Assembly: GCF_009834535.1 (NCBI RefSeq)
Contig: NC_045696.1
Location: forward strand, 21,640,001-21,704,000
From: Camelus ferus
Taxonomy: Eukaryota
DNA: 64,000 nt
Reading direction: 5' to 3'
Part shown: positions 25,202-38,659 of the stretch, one piece after another
Numbering within the stretch: the first letter of the stretch is position 1
Layout: each line of letters starts with the position of its first letter
The notes under the pieces: model-generated
The model's input: only the letters and a program-made list of their open reading frames with translations
The model's database searches: none
What the model was told of the DNA's origin: nothing
Position numbers and translations under genes: made by a program

Positions 25202-28200
25202 GTAAGTAAAGCTCAAAAATTTTAGCTAGATAGAAAGCACAGAATCACAAAATAGTGACCTTTTGTTAATATTTGTAAAAGAGTGTCACTATTTTTAGGA
25301 GAAAATGGAACATGTTGAATTTTCAACATTTTTGTGAAGATTGGGAAAAGTGGGACAGTAGAAACTTCTGTATATGTAGCAAATAATACTAATAGCTCTA
25401 GAAAGTTGGTCCCATGCTAACATGTTTCTCCTGAGTTCAAGTCTTGCAGACACACAGGGACAAGGCTGAAGCTGATTAAATGCAGTTGCATAGAAGTGTG
25501 ATGTTCAATGTACATCAAGTGGGAGCCATAGGGGACTCAAGGTCATTGGAGAATGCAAAGAGCCTCTCTTATAGAAAGGCTGATGATCTCTTATCTCAGA
25601 TCAAAAACCATTGAACAAGGGAGCCTGGCACTGAAGACACTTGGTGTACAGTCTTCACAAGAGTCCTGACATTAGCAAGAGTCCCTAGTTCTTAGTGACC
25701 AAGTAGAGGTAAAGAGGTCAAGTCAAAAGTGAAGAGGTTGTTTAGAAAAGCAATGACAGAAGGCCAAGTGAGGATTAGTTAATGGGCAGAGGGAAACTTC
25801 AGGGCTTGCAATTTCTTGTCGGAACAAAACATATCCACTCAGTGGAAGCCATAATGAAGAAAAGCACAAAGCTTCATCATTTTATACCAAAAAAAAGTCT
25901 CTTTTTCTCACCTACTTCTCTACCTGTATTTATCATCCTTTATCCCACTGCATATTCGTGATGTCTTAGTGTCAGTAGCCAGTCAACCCTTCCCCCATCT
26001 ACATGCAGTCTTCATTCCTGTCTACAATACAGAGGCTTCTACTCCTGTTTTCCAGGGATTAAAATCTCTGACAGCCTCTTTTACTGGCCTAACTTCGGGT
26101 CTAGAAGGAGACATGTGGGCTCTCAGGAAAGGTTAGTATTATTATTATAGTTTGTTTTTCTTAAAGTGCTGTTTTAAACTACTTACTTAGCATTTATTCT
26201 GTGACGGCAGAACCATACATGCAAGAATTTATTTCACTTTTAGAGCTATTTAGCTACTTTGGAGTGAGTGGAACCAGTTTCTCTTTTCCGGTTTTGGAGA
26301 AGATTGAGTGTGGAGAGCCATATTAAAGCATCAGTTCGCATTTAGTTCCCAAAGCTTGTAGTCTTCCTTAAGGAGAGGTATTGCGGGTACCTGCCTCACC
26401 CTCATTGGGCTCCGCCCAGTGAAATCCACGCAAAGCCCAGGATCTAGTGCAGAGTTTATTAGGATAGTTTTCCTAATGGAAGCCTTTGTCTTTTCCTGTT
26501 TACAACATGCTAGATAACTTTGCTTTTCTAAAAGTGGAAAATTTGCTGAATATAGACTTGTGTACAAGGTCTGGTGGTTTATCAAAACCCCAGCATTTTC
26601 TTTGATACTTAAGTAATCTTTTATTTCTCTAGATGGTAAAATCACTTTATTTGAAACTATAAATTATTTGAGCTCAAGAATTATTTCTTTCCCTTCAGCT
26701 ACCTAGGAGACCAATATAGAGCCTAAAACTTGATACATATTTTATAATGATACTCAAATAATATACTTCATCAGTGTAGAGAGATTTTCACCTAGTTGTA
26801 GCTGAACTACTTTTAAATCAGAAGTGAGTTGTTAAAGATGCAATGCAAGGAAATTTCATGAAAATGTCTGTAAGATAAATTACAGGTATGTACTTTGGGA
26901 GACTGAGAAGAAAAGGATAAGAAAAGAAATTCAGAGGCAGGAAAGAAAGTAACTAGCAAATATTTAGGTTTACTTTAAATAGTTGCATGTACAATGACAT
27001 ACTCCACTCATAGAAGAAAGTGGCAGACGCCTATTAGCTTTATAAATTATTTTCATTTTAATCTCCAATTGATAAAATGAAAAAATGAAAATAACTGAGT
27101 TCCCACTAACAATAGCTACACCAACTGTGAAAAATACATCTAAAAATCCTTTAAAGCACCTATTTCCATTTTTGTTACTGATTTTAATGAAAATCACACC
27201 CCATGCACGTGTATATAGTCAAATTGCTCGGAATACTAAACTTGGTCATTAATCTATCTCTTCTTCCTTTTAAAAATATTATTTAACATCAACTCTTGCC
27301 TCCCTGCAAAATTGTGTGTGTGTGTGTGTTCACAGAGCCACTGCAGGACAAGCAAATGGTTTACCCTCCTCTGGGAACCCTTTCTGTTATTCTGCTTTGT
27401 GGAAAGCGCTTTGACTCAAAGAGCAGTTAGCAGTCGATTCCTTTAATAAAGGTCTGTTTACCCTTTGTGGCAATACGAAGCTGATTTTGCCCTTTGAGCA
27501 CAGATGAGTCACAAAGTTAGGAAAAGAAAGACTTTTGTTTATTCAGCAGCCCTAGAGGTTATCAATATCATTAAGGAAAATAAGAGATAAGAAACATTTG
27601 ATTTATTGCACGCAGGCTTTCTGTATAATGATAGGATTTATCTGCTCAAAAAAAAAAAAAAAAGAAAGAAAAAGACTCAGTGATTCCACTGGAACAAGTA
27701 CTTTGAAATGAAAATGAAAATGGCCATTGTTTCTTTTTTCTTTCCCTAAAAGAAGAATTCTCATTACCGTAATAAATAAATCCAACCTCACAGCAGTGAT
27801 AGAGATCATTGCTAAACTACTGAAATAAAAGCTTTAGCTTTCTTATTAGGTGAAACACAAACGTTTATTATGGTTTTCCTGATTTCTACTATGTAGCTCT
27901 CTTATCTCAACATAAACACTGAATAAGAAATAAATTTTAAGAGAATACAACTGTATGTGGATAATAGGATATGTAACTCCTGTCCTTGCAAAGTGTAAAT
28001 TATTAAATACGATGTATAATTCACAACTAAGAAAACATCTTTCATGCAGAGATGTTTCATTATGCCTGAGGATGAGCTAATTCAGTTACTTTCAACTCAG
28101 TGAAAGAAAATTCCAGATTTGCACTCTCTCTACCGAAACTACCTTACCTCTTCTACTCCCTAAGCCAAATGAAATAAAGGCAAGTTTTCAGTCAAATAAA

Positions 28201-28394
28201 TATTACACAAAGAGAAAGTTACACAAAGAGAAAAATCCAGTCTAATCAGAATTAAAACTATCTGCTATGCAACCAAGGATGAGAGGAATATGTGGACTTG
28301 AAGACAGAGCAACTAATGAACATTGTTCACCTCACTTTATTTTAACCATATTTAACTCTGTCCATTTAAGAATTTGGGGTGTGAGGGTGGCTAA

Positions 28395-28515
28395 GGAGAC
28401 AAGAAGAAGAAGAAGGGGTTATGGAGAAGGAGGGAGGACAAGCAGAAAAAGAAGGGAGTAAAGGAGGAGAAGGAGGAGGGGGAGAGGGAGGGAGCAAGGG
28501 AAAGGCGAGGGAAGA
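28395..28515. repeat. Purine-rich (GA/GGA) low-complexity tract
   Basis: Almost exclusively A/G on the + strand. Confidence 0.8.
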
Positions 28516-30669
28516 TGCTCTTTTGCCAAAGTAGGGAAGCAATAAAATATCTATTTCTTCCCCCTCAAGAGTTCACCCAGATATTTTCCCGATCTATTTG
28601 GATATAAAGTTCTAGCAACAAAGTAAGATAGTTAAAACCTGGACCTGCACGCGTGGGCAAATGTGTTGTATTGTCTTTCCAACTGCAAAATAGTTCATAA
28701 TGGTGTTGACAGAGGTGGTTATAGGGGTGGGGGATGGGAACTATATAAAAACACATCTGGGAAACAGAGGTTTTGTGTTTAATTCCTCTCTCTGATACTA
28801 ATAAGCTGTATAACTCTAGGCAAAGTTAATTGCATTATTCTGAGTCCCATTCTCCTTATTGCTGAAACTACAAAGTCGGCCAACATCAGATGTAAAAATG
28901 GAGTCAGTTCTTTTTTCTGGAGCTTCATTTTAAATGTGGGATGAAGCCTGAGAGTTGTGGGCCAGTTAGGATTTTTTAAATTGCACTTAACAGGACACAT
29001 GACAATAAAAGTGCCTTGAACAATAATTGTTTATCGTCTGACATCGCAACAAATCTGGAGGTTTCATCAGAGGTTAATTCAGTGGTACAACGACAGTGAC
29101 GCAATTAAGAATTTAGGTGTTTTCCTTCTTTCTCTATGCTATCTTTAGCTTGTCAATCAGAGCTTGCCTCATGGCCCCAAAATAAATGTAACCGTTCTGA
29201 CAATCGCATCTAAACGTATTGACATTCAAGGAAGAGGAGTAGTAGTCCACCACAGGTCTTTATTTTATTAAATATGGAAATGTTTCCCAGACATTTCCCA
29301 TCAGTGCCCCCTCCTATTTCACCAACCAGGGCCTGGTCATACACCTATGAATAAAACCATCATTGACACAAAGAATGATTGGAGAAGCCGTGACAAAATA
29401 GAGAGTTATTCTCAAATAAAATTAGGGACTGTCTAGCACGGAAAAATTAACAAGTGTGGAAGAGTAGATAAAAACATTGTCTATGACAAAGTCTATCTTG
29501 TCAAGGACAAGAGATTCGACAGGTCAATAAATCTGGGGAAACCTGAACTAAATAGTTACTAAGAAGCCTTGTCATTTACAAGATTTGGTTACTATGATTT
29601 AATCAAATGATTGAAAAGTTAACATTCTAACATTTTAAAATTATTAATAGAGGTGAAATGTGCAATTATTGATCAGAGTATACTGTTAAGGGAATCACTT
29701 CTGCTAAACTGAACCTGAAAATTAGCACAGAAACTAAAAAAGAATATTCTACTGAGTGTAAATGCTGACCCACTACAATCTTTCAGGAGCATTTTGATCC
29801 TGTATATAGTCATGAAGGGAAAAAGACATTTACTATAGGCTCTATTAAGACAGGTATACAGACTCTTTAGGAGTTGATGAAGACCTTCCAGAAACTCTTT
29901 ATCTTACAAATATCACAAGGATATGAATCTAATTGCTTACATTTCAGAACCAGCAAACATAACTATAGGCAAAATTTTGTTCTCCTTAGTCTGCCTCTTA
30001 AGGATCCAAGTACACCCTGAGCTCCCCCAGCTTCCTGAGGGGTGCAGAATGAAGACCAGAGAGCTGGAGTTTGTCTCCAAAGTGGTTGTAGCCTAAAAGC
30101 ACAGTAGCAAAGTAGAAATGGAGACAGAAGAGGGCACATCTCTCAAGTATCCCTCTTGGGTCAAAAATTTATGCATTTTTATGATTCTTTAAAGTATAAA
30201 CAAATTACCACTGAAGAAAACTTTTAAAATGCATGTTTCAGAGAAGATGAAGTAAAAGGGAAGATAACTTGGGCCACGTAACTGAACTCTAATGTTATGG
30301 TCAGAGGTGATGTAGGCAAGATAATCCCAGCCTTTGACCATGAGACTGAAAATCCCATACATCCCCAATAACCCACTTATGCTTGTCTTCTTTCTACCCT
30401 TTGAAATCAGGGTGTATTTCTATATTTTTATTAAAAACAGAGAAGAAAAAGTAGATATAAGTCAGTTGCTGTAAGCTAAATCTCAGGCCTTCATTAACTA
30501 TATAGAAAAATTTTCTTTGAAATCGGTGAACCTACTTTAGACTTCTTCCTACTTAGAAGTCAAATGTTAAAAATGAAGGATCCGCACTCTTCACTTTTTT
30601 GAAACAGTAAAGTGAAAATAAATGTCATGATACCATGTGATTTTGTTTAATTTGACATAAATGACTCTG

Positions 30670-30900
30670 GCCTGGCCTAGCGATTAGTGTGCTGATGTGG
30701 GACTCAGAAGTGTCAGGGTATCAGGTTCTAATTCTGACTATGTTTTTGTATTCTTGGAGAAACATTTAGTCTTTTCTTTTTCTTCCACCTGTGAAACATA
30801 GATCATATTTGACGTGCCCTACGTTGTACAGGTGTAATAAGGATTAATAAGAGGATAACTGTGGAGAATTTCAAAGACACCTGGCATAAATTGGGCACAA
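30670..30900 (+). mobile_element. MIR SINE ending about 50 bp upstream of exon 4
   Basis: GGTTCTAATTCTGACT...TTCCACCTGTGAAA...AGGATTAA...CACCTGGCATAAATTGGGCAC. Confidence 0.6.
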
Positions 30901-30952
30901 ACCACTTGAAGGAGGCTGACTTTTTTCTCTTCTATCACTTTTTGCTTGGCAG

Positions 30953-31104
30953 AAATGGCAGCATCATAGTCATATTTGACCTTCTCTTCTTCCAATGGGT
31001 GTCAGATGAAAATGTAAAAGAAGAACTGATTCAAGGCATTGAAGCAAATAAATCCAGCCAACTGGTCACTTTCCATATTGATGTGAACAGCATCGATATC
31101 ACAG
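30953..31104 (+). CDS. TMPRSS15: Enteropeptidase coding exon 4 (SEA C-terminal part with the G-SIIV cleavage motif)
   Basis: GGCAG| acceptor, G|GTATCT donor; (E)NGSIIVIFDLLFFQWVSDENVKEELIQGIEANKSSQLVTFHIDVNSIDIT; 152 nt; overlaps ORF 30861..31142. Confidence 0.97.
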
Positions 31105-32580
31105 GTATCTGTGAACATTATTTGATTTCTTTGATTCATTAAGCTATGAAATGAAAATTCTAGCTATATACCAGAGAGGCAGTGGGATCACCCTGGACTT
31201 CAGGAACCTGTCTTATTGCCTGAGGTAACACATTTACATAAGAAAAGTGAAATATGGAAAACTGTATTTGGAGAAAAATATCAGTGATAAAAAGTTTGTA
31301 AAGTATCAAATATCAAAAGGGTTCTGAAAATATTGGCATTCATAAACGTTCGTGGCTCTGATGACATTTTTGGCATTGGCCAAGCACAACCAGACTTTGC
31401 AGAAACCCTCCATTGGAGAGTGATGCTCATTGCTTTCTGATAGAATCGTAGAGATTATTAGATTACCTAACTGAGTGGCAAGTCCAGTCTCTAACTGAGG
31501 ACTTAAAAGAAGGAGAGGAAGTAAAAAGAGAGGCTAATGAGTTTGACTCATCCCAGTTACTTTTAAAAAAACCTCATTTTTTAAATGATAAATAGTGTTC
31601 AGATAAAAATAAATCAAAGGGGAAGAGATACAGGGCATCAAAAATAATAGCAAGACAATAATGTCCATGAGTGTTAGGTTATTGTAAATTTTCCATTCTG
31701 GTTATCCTTCGTTCAACTTAATTCAACAGACATTTACACTGTGTCCTATTTTCTTTGAAAACAATAGTAATTTGTCAGACCCATCCAGATCCGCAGTCTC
31801 TAATCTGTAAACCATGAGGCTAAATATGTTTTGGAATTCAGAAAACTTTAGATGTTAGAAAGCTGATCGGTATATAAATATCCATTTTAAGTGGAATAAA
31901 GGCAAATTTTATATCACCTGTTGCCAGTTCAAATAGTTTTGCTCCAGAATGAGATCAGTCAGTAGAGATTTGCTTCTGAATCAAGTATATTAAAACATGC
32001 AGATGTGTTTTGTTTTGTTTTGATTTTGTAATGGAAGATACTAAATCGAGGACCTCGAGTTCCTTTTCTCTATAGTACAGGTTCGTCGAGCACAGTTTAC
32101 TTCCACCAAGTCTCCTGTGTGTAGTACGGTGCCTGTTCAGTAGGAAGTGCTGCTGAACTAAAGTGCTACAGCCAAAGGGCTTACGTGCCCCTTCTAGTGA
32201 TGGTTTGGTCCCCTCTGGCACAGCTGCTGGAAAAGAGACGGTTTTGGATCTTTGTCTAATTCAGATTAGCTAAAACAGGTGTTTTTCTTATCAACAAATT
32301 ACTCCTGGCATCAATCCTATTATGTGGTATCTTTACTACCCCCATGTTGCATAGGTAAATTTTATAGAGAGAATATACAGAGATTCTGGAAATTCATCAA
32401 ATGCACCACAATCAACTAATAATGAAACAATTAAATAATAGGAACATTCAGTATGAGATAGGATGAAATGGAAACTCTAAGAGATCAGATACTCTGAATA
32501 AATATTCAAACTGCACTCAGTTCTTTGTGATCTATTTATACCATAAGCTCTAATTTTGAATCAAACTTACTTTATTCCAG

Positions 32581-32625
32581 CATCTTTGGAGAATTTCTCT
32601 ACAATAAGTCCTGCAACAACTTCAG
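32581..32625 (+). CDS. TMPRSS15: Enteropeptidase 45-nt Ser/Thr-rich mini-exon (exon 5)
   Basis: TTTATTCCAG| acceptor, CAG|GTCAGT donor; (A)SLENFSTISPATTS, matching the bovine enteropeptidase linker as I recall it; phase 1-1. Confidence 0.88.
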
Positions 32626-34102
32626 GTCAGTACTTAAGGCATTTTAAAATATGTAACTTAGTGACCGTAAAACTCCATAAAATGACGTTAGGGAAGGATT
32701 CAACTTTTTTTTCCTGACAACTCTTTCTGAGACATTTAGTCTTCACATCAAAATGTAAAAAGCATACATTTGCTTAGGAATAATGTAGTTCATAATACTG
32801 CAGGGTTCATAACGCCTAGTTACATATGCAAGGATATGCATTTCCAATTTCAATGCTCCTTTCATATTTTAAACTCTATATACATATATGCATATATGGG
32901 TGGGTGTGGGTGTGTGTGGGTGTGTGTTCTCAAAATATGCCTCTGTTCATGCAGCCTTGAAAATGAAGCCATGACACTTGTAAGGTCACTAAAAATGAGG
33001 GAAAGGAGTTTAAAAGATAATCAAATGGTAACTTGCAAAATGTATTGCACTCTTTGGAGAGAAGAATCTAGGGCTTAAGTTAACTTTTTGCTCTATTCTG
33101 GCATTTTCTTCACTCCATCTTTCTAACTATAATCAGTCACTACTACTTATAAAATTTAGAAATTCACTTTGTCTTATCAAGATCATACACACTATTAAAA
33201 GGGTGCTTTGAGAAATTATCAATAATTTTAGAATTAACCTGAGTTACCTTAAAATGTAAAATCACTCCATTGTAGAAAAATTATTTAAATTGAAGTCAGA
33301 AGATTTGAAAACTAATCCTTTCTCTGCCAACTACCAGAATCACTGGGCATTTCAACCTCTGAAAATCTGCTTCCTATAAATTGTGAATAATAAAATTTTT
33401 ATCAATATTTCAGAAGTCATTCTTAATATAAAATTTATATAAAATGATTTTAATGTGTAAATTGTCATAAAACCATAAAGATATGACTTTCAGTATTATC
33501 TATAATCATGGCCATTTTTATAATATTTGAAAAATCTATTTTTTAAAGTATCTACTTGGACTGGGTATACATTTTACAAACATTATCTCATTTAATTCTC
33601 AGAGTGATTCTGTACAGAGGTAATATTTTTTCCACCTAAAAATAAATAAATAATCAGGAACATACCCAGAGTCACAGCTGCTACACGTCAAAATTAGGAA
33701 TTAAAATGAATTCCTTTCGATTCTAAAGCCCGTGGTCTAAGCATATCTCAAGCTTCTATTTCAAATAACATCAGATTAACCTAGAACATTTAAGTCTACA
33801 GCCATTATGAAACTAATGAATCCTTATGTTTAGTTACTGAAAATTAAAAAACATCATCTTCTTTATTTAAAGAATAAAAGATGACTTATAAATCTAGAAA
33901 CCTCTGCTCTGTAATTTGAAGAATCAATAAAAATATAAAAGATTTATTTTTAGATCCCAATACTAATAGTATATTCTTAAGTTAATAAACACCAATAATT
34001 CATAGTAATTTTTAAAACGTCAAGTAAAATATTAAACAGAAAGAATTCCTAATAATCAGTTTTAAAATGTAATCATTATTTTAATGTCATTTATTTTTAT
34101 AG

Positions 34103-34138
34103 ACAAGTTAACAACTAGAAGTCCTCTGCCAACTCAAG
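34103..34138 (+). CDS. TMPRSS15: Enteropeptidase 36-nt Ser/Thr/Pro mini-exon (exon 6)
   Basis: TTTTTATAG| acceptor, AAG|GTAGGT donor; (D)KLTTRSPLPTQ, homologous to human DKLTTTSHLATP; phase 1-1. Confidence 0.9.
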
Positions 34139-35534
34139 GTAGGTTTTAATAATATTACTTCTCTTATCTTAAAAAAGTTTTTGCTAATGTTTGATTTTGG
34201 GGCTCCTGAGAATTCTCTGATAATACGGCATTTAATAGGACCCCTATCTAATAGATTTTAAAAACTAAAGCATAAAAGTTTACAGTTTTAGCTTAAGATT
34301 CTACAAAAGTTAACAATATATTTCAGCTAATTAATGCCTGGATTATCTGACCTCACTCCATTCCTCCATCTATTAGAGCCATGGTTATTATCTACTGCTA
34401 AGAATGCCACCAACAAGGTTAAAATGTTTGCCAGAGAGGATGTAGGTTTCATCAGATGTGAGGGATTTTTTCTTCATTTATTCTCTCTGTATACAAATAG
34501 GAGATGCTTGCTGTCTCTTCTTAACACTCATATGTTGCCAAACCAGTACCAAAGTAGCCTTGGATTCAACCATCCAACAATTTTTCATTAAATGCCTACT
34601 TTGTGCCAACTCCTGGGATGTCTTTGATGTGACAGTTTCTCTGGATTCTTAGTAATGATCTACTGTGCTTTTGTCTATCTGCTGGTTAACTAAAGTGTCT
34701 TCTCTGGTCCTAACTTACTCTTCATGTTAAATGATCTGGGTGTGTACCTAATCTCTTTAGGTATACTCTGTAAAGGCAATAATGTATAGATCTTCAGCTC
34801 CTAAAATAATACCACCATTTTAATGTTATTAGAATTTATATCAAATATTATATACACACAAGGAGAGAACACTTGTGAAATTATAAATACCCTCTGGATG
34901 AGACTTAATAATTCTTGAATAAAATGGTTGGTGTGATGTTTGAAAAGCAAAGTGATACGTGAATCATTAATCAAAATGCTTTATGAAACAGATCTTCACA
35001 TCTCCAAACGCACAGAGGTCTTCCGCGGTAAGATAAGCATGCCTAGGGTTGTATTTAGGTGTTATCCACGTAGTAGCACACCATACTGAAAAATAAAGCT
35101 GCTCTTGAGCCCCCAGTCCCTTCTCCAATGTAGAAAACTATTTATAGCATCTAAAATCACCTTTCAACACGCTTGCAAAAAAATATTTTTAGGATGGAGA
35201 ATAGCTAATTCTTTTAATCTAAAAATCAACTAAAAAAATAATTTTAACATATTTTGAGAGATTTATTTCTAAAAATTTAAAAGCAACAAATATCTAAATG
35301 AGTGCTCTGTTTTTTTATTTCTGTCTGTTTATTGATTCATTGAGTGATTCATATAACATATTGAGGACCTCTCAGTTGTGTAAAATGCCCTAGGAGAACT
35401 ACGTGGAATGACTTGGGGGAAAAAATCAGTGTTAAATCAAGAAACTCTTGATTTCAAACAAGTTTTTCCCTTTACTATCCTGAAGACAAACCCACCAAAA
35501 ATACAAGAAGTGACTGAACCATATGCCCAGTTCC

Positions 35535-35791
35535 TTGTGGGACATTTGATCCTGTTCAAAATGTCCATAAGAAATTTGTCCACACCAAAAAGATCCTTGA
35601 TAATTTGGCCCCATCCAAAACCATTTGTCATGGACCAAATTACAGTCGTGGACATTTTAGATAGGACCAAATTTCAAGGATCTTTTGGTATGGACCAGAT
35701 GTCTTAAGGACCAAAGATCTCAAAGACCGAAATGTCTTATGGAGCAAATGTCCTGTGGTCATTTTAGGCAGGACCAAATGTCTGCTAACAA
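35535..35791. mobile_element. Foldback/Mutator-like non-autonomous DNA element
   Basis: Long imperfect inverted arms built from ~16-bp GGACCAAATGTC subrepeats; flanking 9-bp near-direct repeat CCCAGTTCC / CCCAGTTTC. Confidence 0.6.
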
Positions 35792-38659
35792 CCCAGTTTC
35801 CTCTGGCCGAAGGAGATGGTGCCTAGGGAACAGAGAGCATGAGAGTAATATTCAACCCATGCTTTTCTCTCCTGGGGAGGGGAGCAGAAATCTCCTTTCC
35901 TACATGTAAACTGTAGGAATGGGATCAGTACATATTTAGTCCTATATTTTACACTTTATGTAGGCATATGATAATCAAAATGAAGACCAAAAAGTAACAT
36001 GCAATTCTCAGTCATTGAAAGGGCATGGGTGAATCTACCTGTAACTGATCCCACCTATACATGATGTTTGGCAAGCTACCTAGTCTTTTTGAACTTTGTA
36101 TTTGTTGTCTGAAAGATAAAGATTAAAATATGTACCTTAGAGAGTGGTCATGAAGAAGAGAGAAAATACGGACACCATTGTACTATCTCAATTAATGACT
36201 GGCACAAAGGAGGGATATAACCTATATTAGATCCTTTTCCCTTCCCTCTTCTGACTTAGAAAAAGGTAAAAAAGCAGTTGGATATTTCTTATAAAATGGC
36301 TTTTCAAAAAATGAACTAAGGTTAAAACAAGATGATTGTACTTGGTCATGCTAATTTTAATCTGATCATTTATTTGAAAAAAAACTTCCTTTTCCTGTTA
36401 TTAGAGACTGTGTTGAATTACCTTAATCAAACCTCAAAGAATTATATTAAAGTAAGTAGGTAGCAAAATATCACATTCCCTCTTTTACTGGATTGTGAGT
36501 CCCCAATCATCCTTCCCATTTACTCCTCTCATATGGCAAGAGACCGTAGATTTATAGAGGGGAACGAGGCAATTAAACTTGAGAACCGCAATTTCCAAGC
36601 AGTAATTTATTATGAATATGCCTTTCAGGGATGTTAAGTTTATTTTCATTTTTATATGCCTGGAAGACAGAGTTTGAGAAAAATCAACAAATGCATGCAT
36701 CATATACCAGGCGTTAGTACTGTTATAAATTCTGCCGAAGAGAATTTTTGGATGATAGCGGTACAAAGTCCATGAGGATCGTGTTCTATTGTTCAGCTGC
36801 CTTTGTTGCCAATTACTGTAAAGTTTTACTAACCCACTTGGAACACTAAGGGGAGAGATGGGAACTGAGGGTGCATTACACCAATTGATGTCCTGGCTGC
36901 TACAGAGTGCCTGGAGGGGCTCTTTGGGGCAATTGTTCATATGCTTGAAGGGTTTCTAGAAAATGGCCTGTTCTAGTCTTTTGTTGCTTACTGTGTAGGC
37001 AATGATTGCAGAAAAACAAAAGTTTCACTATCATGGGCTTTCTCAGTCTCAAAGAAAATGCAATCCTGCTATAGTTCTACTATGTGGAAGGCTTTGGGAA
37101 CTGAAGAAAAAGAACTGGCTGATTTAGTGAAGAACATGAAATTGAGTCAAGAGAAACTAAAGTAGAATTATGTTCCTCAGTTGAATTAATTGCCCCAGGA
37201 CTAAGGCACAACCACTGTATCTGACATAAAAATGCATTTTGACTTTAAGTATTTTTTTCCTCTGCATTCGAGAGAACAACATATATATATGTATATACAG
37301 CTAAGCACTCTCCCGTAATTTAAGACATTTTGATGCACATGATATCAGAACTATTAAAGTATCTTTCCACTGTAATTTCATTTGAATTGAACAGCCATAG
37401 TCTTGCCAAAAAGATTAAATTTATTCTATCAAAGTAGATGAGAATTTCTGTAAGGTGATCTCTATTTCTAATGCAGTACAATGAAATGAACTTGGTCTCT
37501 CAGAGCAAACGTTCATGGATTCAGATTACAATTTCATTACTAAGTGAGCTATAAGGACCTTGAGTTTAATTTGTCTCACTTTTGGCCACCAAGCATTATT
37601 ATTACCCTCATTTAAATCATAGGAAAAACAAATAAACCTCAGATTTCCAAAATATGATTTTCAAATTATAATCTTGTATATAACACTTATTGTAACTGGT
37701 TTGGAAGGAAAAAAAATAATGGATTTCAGTCTTTTTTGTCCCCCACAATGCTCACCACAGTGGCTGTACAAAATAGGCACAAAAGATTTCTCACCCTAAA
37801 TCTCTGGAAATTATTGTGCTCAGTCTGAAATAATCACATTTGAGTGTATACTGAATCCTTCATAATACAAATATAAATAGATAATTAAAACCTCCCATTT
37901 GCAGAATTCCAAATAATACTAATTTACTGGTGGGTTTTCATACTATGCAAAAAAATTAATATCCTGAAGATAAACAACCATAAAGACATAAAAATATGCC
38001 AGGTGTTTTCCCACTCAAGAGAACAGTAACTAATATTCAGGCAACTTGATCAGCTTCTAATAAACAGAATCAATTATTATTCTCTTTGTGTACATTTCCT
38101 TCAATAGAATTCCTTAGCTCCTTTCCTAAAAATTCCCTATTGAGAAGTATAGGATAGATTTCTTAGAAAAGGAGAAAGACTAGAGCAAAATTAAGGAATG
38201 GAATGGAAAGCTAAGTAATCCACAAGTCAAAGAACTCTAGTTTTAAGAACGGAAGGTCATTTCTACAAACTAGCATCTGGCTAATTTTTTTCGTAGTTTT
38301 GTTGGAAATTGTAATGATAGATGTGCATGTAAGGAGATGAGAGGGAGACAGAAGACTAGGTAAAAATACAACCTGATAAAATCCTAAAACAATCCATCTA
38401 TGTAACAAGACGACATTCATATTTTCCATATTGGTTTCAATATGAGGAACTTCTCTTTATTCACAGACCAAAACAGCTGAGTGTTTATGCAACAAAGTCC
38501 AGAGAGATAGAGTGTACAACCTAAACAAGATTCTAGTATTTCCACCTTCAAGTCAGAATATTTCAGACTAGAGTCATTTTGTGATCCCCCCAGCTGTTGC
38601 GCTTACAGTCACTGTCATGACGAATGACCACTGGCAATGCACTGGCCACCCCAAAAGCA

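Noticed and set aside
28203..28233. 16-bp tandem duplication TTACACAAAGAGAAA(G)
   Set aside because: Ordinary slippage-type duplication with no inserted element or functional context.
35535..35791. CRISPR-like repeat array
   Set aside because: Units are ~16 bp, degenerate, lack unique spacers and are arranged as inverted arms; the DNA is mammalian and has no cas genes.
36485..36940. 151-aa antisense ORF, the longest in the track
   Set aside because: No recognisable homology or domain and no supporting gene structure; compatible with chance.
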